Source of the DNA: Macrostomum lignano
Taxonomy: Eukaryota
DNA: 64,000 bases
NCBI GenBank assembly: GCA_002269645.1
Contig: NIVC01000180.1
Span: 372,001-436,000, forward strand
Reading direction: 5' to 3'
Below are positions 23,259 to 34,763 of this stretch, piece by piece (position 1 is the first letter of the stretch; every line of letters starts with the position of its first letter). The notes under the pieces were generated by a model, which did not search any database, was not told the DNA's origin, and saw only the letters and a list, made by a program, of their open reading frames with translations. A program made the translations under genes and the position numbers.

Positions 23259-26200
23259 TTCTTACCTGTAGAACCCGTTCCAGCTAATGTCACACGGCGA
23301 AAGCTGCTACAGTTTTCAGGTTCAACTTGGGTAACTACTTTATCTGGTTTTTAGATCTGGTAGCGGCGTTTCAAATTTTCTTGAGTCGGAGACCATTGTT
23401 CAAGTGACACGTTAAATCCCTTACTTACCTTCAAGTATAACTACGTGTTCCTATTTGGTCTGCAAGTAATTTTGAGTAAATCATTTCTAGGAAAATTTAA
23501 CTTTGTAGTGAAAAAACTACGCAACAATAGTTATCTCTGCAAAGCTCCTTCATTCGTATTTTTTCGTATTGCAGTCTGGCTAGTGCAAAATACTTTGCAA
23601 AATATTTCTTAAAAAACTCCCTAACTTCTACTTACAGTAGCTGCTTATGAGACGCTTGTAAAATTAAATAAAGTCGGTAGCTTTTCTGTAGTGACTTAGT
23701 TTGTGTTGTGTGGGGTGCTGGGGGGAGGGGTTGTTGCGTACACTTTACCATCCGTGCTATGCTTTAACTCTCTTCTTCGTTTGCTCTTTTGTGCGAAACG
23801 CGCGTGACTAATATGTCTACTAAATGCTATTTCGATAAACACATGTAATGGACGATTTTATCATGCTATCGCTAAGCATCGTTCTGCGACACAAACTAAG
23901 TGAAGTCTTTACATTTTCCATCACTATTTTCAACTGTTTTAATAAATAAAATGCAAGCGTATGTTTGAAGGACCTTGCGTATTTTTGCTCCTTGCCATTC
24001 TGCGCAATTTTCACATTAAATTGGGACAATTTAATTTGGGACAATTTTCAGGACAATTGTTAATCCCATTTCGCAGTTCTGAACTGTGAAAAGAGATGCA
24101 AGGCACAAGTTAGCATTAGCATTGCAAACACACACAACAAGGCAGACCGAGTGCAAAAGCCGGGGGCCGAATTGAAAAGGTTGAACCAATCGTGAATTTT
24201 AGGCGAATTTCTCTGCCGCTGTCATTGAGAGCTACGTGAGAGTCCACGCAAACTTAACTGACATTTTTGGTTAGTCCTAAAGACTCAAGAAGGCGCTGAT
24301 CGGAGTTGAGGCTCGAGAAGTGCAGAAAATTGAAGTTCCTAACTGCATTTTGTTCATCCCATGCTGGTCTGTGGCTTTTTATTCCTTGTTAATCGACCTC
24401 CAAGTAAATCGACTTATGAGCATATTGAAGTCAGGAAGGTGAGGTGAAATGCCAAACAGTGCGAAGTGGTGGTTGCTGCACCACAAACAGTGCCTCTACA
24501 GCTTCGGTGGAAATTTCGTTGAGAAAAACTCCCTACACAAAAACCAAACAAGGCCGGTTACGCAACCAATTCAACAAGCGTTCAGAATAATTGGCCTTAA
24601 ATCAACTCTGTCCAAAGAATTGGCATTCGCTAAGTCAGGGAGTTATTCGCCTCATTTGGTATGCTGGCATTTTGATATTCCAGCTCGTGCGATCACGGGA
24701 CAAGAGAGGTTCTGGAAGCGATAATTAGTACGTTGAATATCAACAGATGTTGTTGGAACCGGAAATGCCTCAGTAGAGTGGCCAGCAATTTTAAGTGCAG
24801 TATTTCGCCTCTGAGCTACTCCATGTGTACGCGAATGGAGTTAATTTTTATACCTTTAACTCATACCCAGAAACTCGATAACAGACGAATTCTCTACCTA
24901 TAGCGGAGACCTACACGACGGCATGAAAGCAGCGCAAGTTACCAACTTTGCACCCCTAGCAGGTGCGCGTCTTAAGCTAGTCTTTCTTTGCAGGTAAGAA
25001 CAGCATTGACGCATGTAGCTGCACATGCAGAATAAATATTAACGTATTATCATTTCAATCTACATAGACAGTAGAATATCTGCAAAGTAGCTAAGAGTCG
25101 CTTTAGCCGTCATGAAAATTGCCAACAACTCCGACCTTTCGCTTCAACATTCCGGGGCTCTAAGCTACCCCAAAAGCTTTCCAGTTAAAAACCAAACCTC
25201 GAATGCCTGAAAAAAACAGCAAACGCCGCGCACTGCAATGTAAATTGCATTTATTTCAGCTTTTGCTTGCCAGTGCCGAGGTCCCCCCCCCCGAAATTCG
25301 CGGGAACCGCAAGTCACGAACACCAATAGGCCTTTCTGCAGCCTGTCACCTCGGGTTTATGATTCAGGCGGACCCATCGCGGTGCACGATAAATTTATTC
25401 AGCCTACAAATTCGATAACACAGGCTGAAGACCCTGGGAAAGACCGGCACTGCGCGTGCCTGGCGGATGCTTGGTTTAGCTTTGGCAAAGCGTACAGTCT
25501 TATCAACGGCGCACAGATGCGACGCCGGTCAGTCAAGGACTTCCAGATCGGGCAACATCTGGATTGGAGCTGGGCATCAATTCTGAATAATCGTTCGCAT
25601 CTTTTTCAGAGGCAAGCTGTTTGTGTTAGAGTTAAATGCATGCGAAACGGATAGGTCCAGTTTCCTTCTCTACAGATTATTGAGTTCGAACTCCGTGGCT
25701 CAGCAAGCAAAAAGAATGGGTTGGGATGCCATCAACAGTTGAGTTCGGACTGCCAGCAAATCTTGAATTAATAAAAAACTTTTTATCTTGTTATTCGAAT
25801 TCCAGGACCCATGATTTTGTCATAGATTTTTAAATTGCCCAACCAATAATTGATTAGTCACGTGTGTTTTTATATGAATGTGGTGTGTGCTTTTAAGATG
25901 AATTCTTAAGCTTTTACATACGGCATTATGTGAGACTAGTTGCCCTTTGGCTTTACGGCAAAAGCAATTACATGTAACCATATAAACCAGTTAGTGAGAA
26001 ACGCAACACCTTAAAATAGTGGACCGCAGAATGAGGCCTTCTACTGATAAACTGCCACGTTTATAAACCCTTGATTAAGAGTTTCATGCCCAGGGTTCCC
26101 TAGTTTTTACCGACTCTTACCGATTTTATCGACATAGACGTCGGGCATCTAGCTCGTACGCATTTAATGTTATCGCATTTGGTTTTTGCATCAAGATTTG

Positions 26201-26659
26201 AAATGCTCAATTTTAACAGCGCCTGCAGATCGAGAATGCAAAACACGAGCAGGGTTAGCTCGTATCTGTGCAGAGAACGGCAGAAACAATGCAGCTGATA
26301 AGATTTCTACTATAAGCGACTTTTCACACCCATTTCGAAACTCTGAAGACACTCTGAAGACACTATAAGGTGGAATCGAGAGTTGGCTGCTTCACTTGTA
26401 CCAGTGAAACCAAGCAGCTGTGAATGAAATGATAGACTCGCTGAAGTGTCAGTAGTGGTATTCGGTGTCGCACACATAAAGCTTTTGCAGAATTATTGCG
26501 ATATCTCATTGGTTGCAAGACAGACAACCACCCAAAACCCATGCAGTTTATCTCCTTGGCTGTCCGCAGTCTCGTGCTTATTTAATGCACTGTCAGTAAC
26601 GCTTTAGGAGAAACCAACGCTACCAAGCCACAGAAAAATCATTTGAAAATTTCAACAAA

Positions 26660-28351
26660 ATGGAGAAAGGATTAAAGCTTCTCATAGTTTTTCTTCTGCT
26701 TGGATGCTCATTAAACGAGGGTTTTCCGGACCGAACATTTCAGAAAAGGTCTGTTGATAAGCAGCCAGCGACACAGAGCTCCGACCTGAGCCACTGGGCC
26801 AAGATAGCCAAGCAGGACCTGCAGACCGCTACTGACGTCTTGCGACAGACCAAGGAGAACAGAGCGAAGAACGCCATTCTCTTCCTCGGAGACGGCATGG
26901 GAGTGCCCTCGATCACTGTGGGACGCATCCTCAAAGGTCAGCTCGCAGGAAACAGTGGCGAAGAGGAGACGCTGGAGTTCGAGAGGTTCCCACACACTGG
27001 TCTTTCAAAGACGTACAACACGGACATGCAGACTCCGGACAGCGCCGGGACGGCCACCGCCTTCCTGTGCGGCGTGAAGGCCAAGTATGGAACCATGGGA
27101 GTGAACGAGCAGGTAATTAGTCGCAACTGCACTTCCCAGCTCAAAGAGCGCAGCGTGATGTCGTTTCTCAATGAGGCTCAGCAGCTCGGAAAGTCGGTCG
27201 GCATCGTCACCACCACAAGGATCACTCACGCGACTCCGGGAGCTGCGTACTCGCACACGGCTTCAAGGGACTGGGAGGACGACACGGAAAGGAACAGCGA
27301 CGTGCCGAATGTTAATGAGCGTTCGATGTGCCCTGACATTGCCGAGCAGCTGGTTGAGTACGCCATCAACTATACCGTCATATTCGGAGGCGGTCGGCTG
27401 AAGTTTCTACCAAAGAACGAAATAACAATCGATCCCATTTCTGGAAGAAACGTCAGCGGAAGCCGAAGCGACTCGGTAAACCTCATCAACAAATGGAAGC
27501 AGCGGCAGGAAGGCTATGGACGTCGTCCGGTCTACCTGGAGACTCGCAAGGAGCTGCAAGACGCTCTGACGGATCCCAACGCTGCATACTTCGGACTGTT
27601 CGCAATGAGCCATCTTCGCTACGACCTGGACAACCAAAAGGATGGGAAGGAGCCGACTTTGGAGGAGATGACGAGAAAGGCGATTGAGATTTTGAGTCAG
27701 AACCCGAACGGGTTCGCTCTGCTTGTCGAAGGAGGTCGAATTGATCACGGCCATCACGATAATCTGGCGCAAAAAGCGATGTACGATCTTGTGGCGTTTG
27801 ACAAGGCCATCAAGGCGGCTGGCGAGTTGACGAAACCGGATGACACATTGACAATTGTGACAGCCGACCACAGTCACGTGTTCTCCATCGGAGGCTGGAG
27901 TCGCAGGGGTCAACCTGTGTTTGGCAAGGTAACTTACTCTTACAACAACAATTACAACAGCAAAGGAGAAGCCTTGGCAGAGGACAACAAGCCGTATACA
28001 TCCCTGTACTATGGTGACGGACCGTCTGCTGTTGATGGTCCGCGAGCAAACATCACGAATGTCAATACAGAAAGTCCAGACTACCAGCCGCAGTCAGTGG
28101 TTAAACTTGCTTACGAGTCGCACGGGGCCGAGGATGTGCCTATCTACGCTAGAGGTCCCGGATCTCACCTGTTCCACGCTACTCATGAGCAATCGTACAT
28201 TGCGCACGTTGTCAAGTACTCGCTGTGCGTTGGATCTTATGCGTCGGAAAATTATTGTCTGAGCAGTTCTTCTGGCGCCATTTTACCATCCGCATCGGCC
28301 ATTGTGCTGTTGATTTTGCTGAAGATTGCAGTGAACTTCATGTACGAGTAG
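26660..28351 (+). CDS. ALP: Alkaline phosphatase (copy 2), intronless tandem paralog
   Basis: Same motifs as copy 1 (HGAEDVPIYARGP); different signal peptide and C-terminal part. Confidence 0.95.
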   Translation: MEKGLKLLIVFLLLGCSLNEGFPDRTFQKRSVDKQPATQSSDLSHWAKIAKQDLQTATDVLRQTKENRAKNAILFLGDGMGVPSITVGRILKGQLAGNSGEEETLEFERFPHTGLSKTYNTDMQTPDSAGTATAFLCGVKAKYGTMGVNEQVISRNCTSQLKERSVMSFLNEAQQLGKSVGIVTTTRITHATPGAAYSHTASRDWEDDTERNSDVPNVNERSMCPDIAEQLVEYAINYTVIFGGGRLKFLPKNEITIDPISGRNVSGSRSDSVNLINKWKQRQEGYGRRPVYLETRKELQDALTDPNAAYFGLFAMSHLRYDLDNQKDGKEPTLEEMTRKAIEILSQNPNGFALLVEGGRIDHGHHDNLAQKAMYDLVAFDKAIKAAGELTKPDDTLTIVTADHSHVFSIGGWSRRGQPVFGKVTYSYNNNYNSKGEALAEDNKPYTSLYYGDGPSAVDGPRANITNVNTESPDYQPQSVVKLAYESHGAEDVPIYARGPGSHLFHATHEQSYIAHVVKYSLCVGSYASENYCLSSSSGAILPSASAIVLLILLKIAVNFMYE

Positions 28352-28902
28352 AACTCGTGATCGTGCAGGCACACGCACTCGAGTGGTCACAAACATTTTC
28401 TAATTGTGTAGCGCTTCTAGCTGGTAATTCCCAACAAGTCTCTCTGTTCGGCGCTTTAATTCGCAAGCTGCTCTGCTAATGGGTTTATAAAAAGCTGTGC
28501 ACTCCAGTCAATAGGCTTGAAAGTCGTCACTGCTCTTTACAAGAATTTAGTTTTGGCTATAGAGTTAATAAACGTGGCTTAATTACTATTACTGGTACTG
28601 AGAATTAGGCTTCATGTTGCTTTGCGTGTATACAGGTACATGTATTAGCTATATGTCTGACATTTTACAGCTACGATTGAACCAACCAACTGAGTGAATA
28701 AAACTGATTGAAGCAATGTCTCGAAATTACGAATATTTTATTCGATTTACTACACCGACTTACTAACTGCATGATTCCGCTTCATTATCTATTCAATGAA
28801 ATTAGCGAACGTACTGCATGTGGTCTTTTAGGAATGCAATTTATCATTATTCATTGAAATTACGCATAATTTTTCTGAAAGCCACACTCAGTCTGCGCAA
28901 AG

Positions 28903-29394
28903 ACAGAAAGCTCTGTCTAGGGTAGTCCGGTCTTGAAAAGCTAGTCTGGACTTGGATTTGGTATGCAGAAACGCTAAGTTAGACCGGTCTACAGACAGAA
29001 CTAGGGCCGTATGCAGAAAGCTTAGTCCAGACTAGCTAGTCCGGACTTGGGTAGTTCAGTCTATGGTCTATGGTCTAGCTACCCTAGTTCTGTCTATAGT
29101 AGACCGGTCTAACTTTGCGTTTCTGCATACCAAATCCAAGTCCAGACTAGCTTTTCAAGACCGGACTACCCTAGACAGAGGGCCGTATGCAGAAAGCTCT
29201 GTCTAGGGTAGTCTGGTCTTGAAAAGCTAGTCTGGACTTGGATTTGGTATGCAGAAACGCAAAGTTAGACCGGTCTACTATAGACAGAACTAGGGTAGCT
29301 AGACCATAGACCATAGACTGAACTACCCAAGTCCGGACTAGCTAGTCTGGACTAAGCTTTCTGCATACGGCCCAGAGCTTTCTGCATACGGCCC
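28903..29394. mobile_element. Nest of three copies of a ~194-bp MITE with TIR GGGCCGTATGCAGAAAGC (PIF/Harbinger-like)
   Basis: Complete copy 29180-29373 flanked by AGA/AGA 3-bp duplication, inserted near the end of an inverted copy (29004-29394). A third partial copy lies at 28903-29003. Confidence 0.8.
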
Positions 29395-30227
29395 CATAGA
29401 GTGAAGTTATTCGTGAAGGATATACGAGCACCGTAAAAAGGATTAATTGCGCGCCCAGATTCTCAAATTGGTTGCTCCATAGACCCCCTTTCGGGCCATA
29501 GACAATGAAAACAAGTCTTTCAATAGCTTGATTCTCCCAATAAGGATTAAGTATAAGGTATCACCCCCATGGACTGATTTATCTGGCCCACATACAAGAC
29601 TGAGGACTGCGTTGATTGGCCGAGGCGAAGCAATCTCAATAGGCGAGATACCGAGTGCTTTTGGCCCTAGACAACTAAATGAGTTAGGAATATGAAATGT
29701 ATCCACCACTTAAAAGTAGTTAATTAATTTGCATCGATGCAAAGTGAAATAAATAATTTACTGCACTGGTTTAAATAAATTAAAAGCTTAAAAACATAGA
29801 CAACTGCCCGGGGCAAGTGGGGGATACATAGTTCTCAGTCCTGCTACAGTTGCATTTAACAAATGTAAACTAACAAAACCAACAACAACTGCAGGAAGTT
29901 TAACATAGTAAGAAATACGCCGTACACTGTGGAAGCGTCTTTTGAGCACTCACTTAAAAGCGATTTCAACTGTGTTGGTGTTACTGTTGATGTTAGGCCT
30001 CATTTTCTTTGCAGGATTAGCACTCACTACGTGCTTTGTTCCATAGCTTCAACAGAGAGTTCAGGCTCGGTATTATTAGACCGACTTGATGACTGACCAC
30101 CAGAAGAGCATGCGATAGATGGCATATCAAAAAAACGATTGACATTAACACTGATTTCAGAGAAACCAATCAAAACAGGCAAAGGCAAAACCATGGCTCT
30201 CAAAGAACAGTGTTGGACAGATTGAAA

Positions 30228-30494
30228 TCAAACCCGATTAATGTTCAGAGAATTTCTTCCTATTTTAAGCAGCGCGGAATGAAGCGAAGTATCTGTTTTT
30301 CTCTTTACGTGCAGCCATCGCGAAATGTGCTCAGCACTATCACCTCGCTCGATGGCAGCGACAATCAGGTCGTACTTTTCGTTGCTTATCTTGCGATAGG
30401 GTTCTCGCCCTGCAGGATTCTGCTCATCCACTGCATCTTGGGCTGTAGCAAAACTTTCGTCACTGCTCTGCTCACTAAATTCTTCGTCTGCCAT
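30228..30494 (-). pseudogene. Short ORF resembling a transposase-type N-terminal helix-turn-helix (relic)
   Basis: YRKISNEKYDLIVAAIERGDSAEHISRWLHVKRKT fits the pattern of Tc1/IS630-like HTH N-termini; no catalytic domain seen. Confidence 0.35.
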
Positions 30495-30809
30495 ATCATG
30501 TTTGTCTAACGAAATCTGTTATTTTCTTACCCAAATTCTCAAATTGGTTGCTCCATAGACCCCCTTTCGGGCCATAGACATTCTTGTTTGAGCCAGCGCG
30601 TGGGAATGATGTAAATCGTGCAGGAATGATATTGTCTATGGTCGAAATTCATTAAAACGTCCAACAGAGAGCGTTCCTGCACGCTGACACATTTTACGCA
30701 TTTATTTTATTATCCATGACAACAGTTAGTAACAGTACAGAAACGATCAGGACACAACTATAGAAAATACAAAAAGCAATGTCAAATGTCAAATATCAAA
30801 TGTCAAATG

Positions 30810-31420
30810 TCAAATGTCAAATACACACGGCACAATGTTGTTGGTACCGTCGGCTAAAATCTTCAGTTTTTTTGACGGTGCGCCAATTCGCAATGCAGAA
30901 GCTGTGCCAAAAGGCTGCTCGGATATTTCCACTATTTCGGCCGACCCGTTGCCGCTAGTTCCTTCAATTGGTGGCGTACGAGCCGTATGCCTGGCGAGAG
31001 CCTCTGTCAAGTGGTTGCTCATCTTGGCCATGATGCCCTCTCTCTTTCTTCCTTGCCTGATGTACCTTTCTACCAATGTATACTTGTCTGCAAATCAATA
31101 ATGGAACATGGATGATTATTAGATAATTTAGGATATGACACCAGTTGTTTTAATTAGCTAATGTACTTCAAGTAAATTTGGAGATTACCTTGTGCCCAGT
31201 CACCTTCGTGATAGTCTTTGTCGGAATTCCAGCTTCGTGTAGCACCGTCACTACAGTAGGCCGTACACAATGCGCTGTGTAGGGTCGCGACAGCTCGGCA
31301 CTAGCAGAGATGCGCTTTAGCCTACACTGTAGGTCCTAGCGTATTGATGCCAATTGCCTTTTTGTGTACCACAGGCCATCGGAGCCTACATGCGGCCTCG
31401 GTCGCAGGAAAAAATCTGAT
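30810..31420 (-). mobile_element. Degenerate Crypton-type (DUF3504-like) tyrosine recombinase C-terminal half
   Basis: Manual minus-strand translation: DFFLRPRPHVGSDGLWYTK, frameshift, AIGINTLG, frameshift, LKRISASAELSRPYTAHCVRPTVVTVLHEAGIPTKTITKVTGHK (to 31189), then LVERYIRQGRKREGIMAKMSNHL from 31076. HxxR, TGH and a candidate Tyr are in order. Confidence 0.75.
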
Positions 31421-34400
31421 CCATTCCATCCAGGCACTGATTTAATTACGCTCATACATTTGTCTATGGTCAAAACTATCGGTCACAAGTGACACCCCCA
31501 CACACCACACACCCGTCACATTCTTCCCACTCTAGTCTATCTAGTCTAATATTTTCGTGCAGGAATGGCTCAAACAAGAATGGAAATCATGAACGCTCAC
31601 TCGTGATCTTGATGCACTCGCTAGCGTTGAAGATTTATTCAATGAAAAACAAGTCTTCAATAGCTTGATTTCCCACTAAAGATTAAACTGCTTGCTCCTA
31701 TTAGGCTCAATTGGCTTGAAAAATGCTATATTATATTGTTTGGTGGTAATTCAATGCGAGCGATTTTTTAAGCAATTGTACACTGAGTGAGCTGAGATTA
31801 TACTGTAGCTTATACACATGACAGCTGCTGTGGGACTGTGGTACGTTTGTTTTCCAGCTATATCTCATTTGGGATGTGGGAGACGTACATAATTAAAATA
31901 TGAATTTAAAGAGATGGGATTGTACATGCATATGATATGTGCATGAGTGCTGAAGTTCATACTTAATTACAGCGCGCCCCTTAGCCAAGTTCAATTGCAG
32001 CCGCAGAGTGAGCTACCCCTACTGACTAAATGTCTACGTACATGTACATAATATGTGTGTCAGAGCAGTGCAATATCATGGTCTCTTGCGGATTGGACGG
32101 GAAATGAGTGGAAAGCTTACAGGAGCCTATATAGTAAGCAAAATTGCAGGTTGAAGAATATGCATAACAAAAAATATGAATTTAAGTTTATTTTTTGCAG
32201 AGAAAATCACGCGCACATTACATGTATGTCAATTAAGGCATATGATGGGTTTCGACCTTTCGGCCCCCTTGTGGGGAAGCCTTCGGGCCTCAGGTCTCAG
32301 AAATAAATCAATTAGAGTCCTGGCCCCCCACTCCTGTCAGATGGTCAGCCCCATGGTAGCTTGATCGAGTAGCGAGCAGTCTAGGTCCAATAGCTAAGAG
32401 AGGGACAGCGAGAGACAAGCAGGGAGAAATTTGAAGGTAGAAATTAGTTAATCCGCAGATTAGCTAACTCGCTGCCACCAGCCCGTACGTCCTGGCTCAC
32501 CACACCGGGACTCTCGAAATCGGGCTTCCGACTAGAAGGGGCTTTGTACTTACCTGCCAACTAGTGTCTTTTTGCTGTCAATCTCGAAGTCATAGCCGAT
32601 GTTAAGGGACACTGCTGGGACTAGATCGCATTGGCCATGCAGGTACAGAGGGGACTTGTGCAGGGGATTCTTGCAGTGGCGAGTCTATGGGGTAGCTACA
32701 TGTACTATTACATTGCTAAATACGAAGAATTGTACTTTTGGCCTTCAACGCGCCAACCAGCCTCTCGTAGCGCTGATGATAGACTAACTCGAACATCAGA
32801 GACCGCATGATTCGTTACCCGAGCCGCTTAACGAATCTAGAGTGCATAGAGTACATCTCTAGCGCCGATTTTGCACTATTGGCAATTTCGCTAACTGATT
32901 TGATAGATTGATCAACTGAGAACTGCCTTGCCATTGGTCTACTGTGACCGGCGCCTACTAGCTTAGCTACTCATCTGAGCCATCGGCGAAAAAAGAAATA
33001 AAACCGATAAAAATAACTGTTAGATTTAACCTTCTCCTTAGATCACTTCACACTTCAGATTGAACTGGAGTTTTAGATTACTAGCAGTATTATTGAATGA
33101 CTTCTGCCTCAGCAACAGCACTACTGAACAAAAAGAGCTAAAGTGTGCGCCTAATCCAGCTACTGAAACAGGGGACAGATAAGGAATCACCCAATCAAGC
33201 AAGTCTAGGCAGCCTCTCACCCAACCAATCAGAAACTCAACAGCCGGAGACCAGGTAATCCACAGTGAACGAATCGGCTTAGTGCTTTGCAGCTGTAGAC
33301 CCGGGATGGTGCTGATGTCACGGTCTTCGCAGATAGCTAGCAGGTGATGTTCTTAACTTGATGTTCGCTGCTGATGACCGGGAAGACTAGCTCGTCCTTG
33401 ATGATGATGGGGGAGGTCGCAATCCGGGGATCAAGAAACGACGGTCGCGCTCCGGGACGTCTCAATCTAGGCTAAGGTCCCAGGATGAGTTGGTCCAAGC
33501 GGGCCAAAAACACCGGTTTAAATAGCCGCCAACTGGACCGCAGTTTGTTATAATGGAACACGTCGATTCTGATTGGCTGAGCCGATTTGTTAAAATGAGC
33601 GCCGAATTTTCTGATTGGCTAAGCTGGTTGCTACCCAGAATCACGTGACCGGGAGATCCTATCAGTTCCCTCGGGGTCGTAAAAAACATGACAGGTGCGG
33701 CCATAAATCAATCAAAATCGCAACAAAATGATTTATGACTTTTCGCGTAGAATTGACAAACATTAATGAAAAAATATACATTAGAAAGTTCTTATTAAAT
33801 AGAAAGTGAAGATAATGAAGAGAAATCACTAATCGCTAATCCCAAAGTACTTTTGGGGGTAAAACGCATAGCTGTCAAAGCTGTCACACGCTTGAGTGAA
33901 CACGAACAATAGGCCCTGACCTCATAAATCTTGATGGCCTGTCAAAATGATGAGAAAAAAGCTAACATTCGCATCCCCTCAGACCATCTGGCGCCCGCCT
34001 CAACACTGAGTGAGGCGCAGGTGGCTGTCAGACCAGCTTCGAAAGCGATGATTTATGACCCAAAAAGCTGCGCCTATGTTATTATGACTACTAGTATGAC
34101 CAAACATTATATCTAGTATAGATTCTATGACAACTCGCAGAAAAAGGATAAAATGCCCATTGCCCACTGTTAGTAGGCTTGTAAGTTTAGAGCCCATGTG
34201 CTAGCGCGAGATTAGGAAAAAAGTGCGTCCTCATCACATACATCATGTAAATTTATATAAAATATCATTATACCATACTCAGATTCTAAAAGAGCCTTAA
34301 GAATGACCATTTGCCGTTTGCCATTTGACATAATACTCATTCTTAGTATTCCACAGCATAACTATACACATGTATGAAGTGTTAAATGTACATGTATGCC

Positions 34401-34529
34401 CATGGAACAAAAATAAAACTTAAGTACGAGTATACACTCCATGCAATGTTTCCAGCAAGTTATTAGTCAATTAAGGGTGCTGGAACATGCACTGCATAAG
34501 ATATTAAGTTTGGCCAGGCCTTTTTTATT

Positions 34530-34763
34530 TGTGGTGTATCGCACACTGAGATGCACTATAGTTTATATAAGTTCAAGTTCGTTATTCTATGCCGTTTGTT
34601 TGCACTAATCGCCTCTAAGCATTCTATCGCTACAGTTTCTTCTATGGTAATTAACCCAGCCCAAAGTTCCTAGAGCTCACCCTTCTGATCTCTTTCAAAT
34701 AAGAAATATAAAGAATCTTAAGCTCATGAGTTAAATACTTCAGCCGGAGTTCAATTCACAACA
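34530..34763 (+). repeat. 5' LTR (234 bp)
   Basis: Identical to 38639-38874 except a 2-bp indel. Confidence 0.97.

Noticed and set aside
24200-25700. Short ORFs between the two phosphatases
   Set aside because: Manual translation in several frames gave no recognisable motif; treated as intergenic or decayed sequence.
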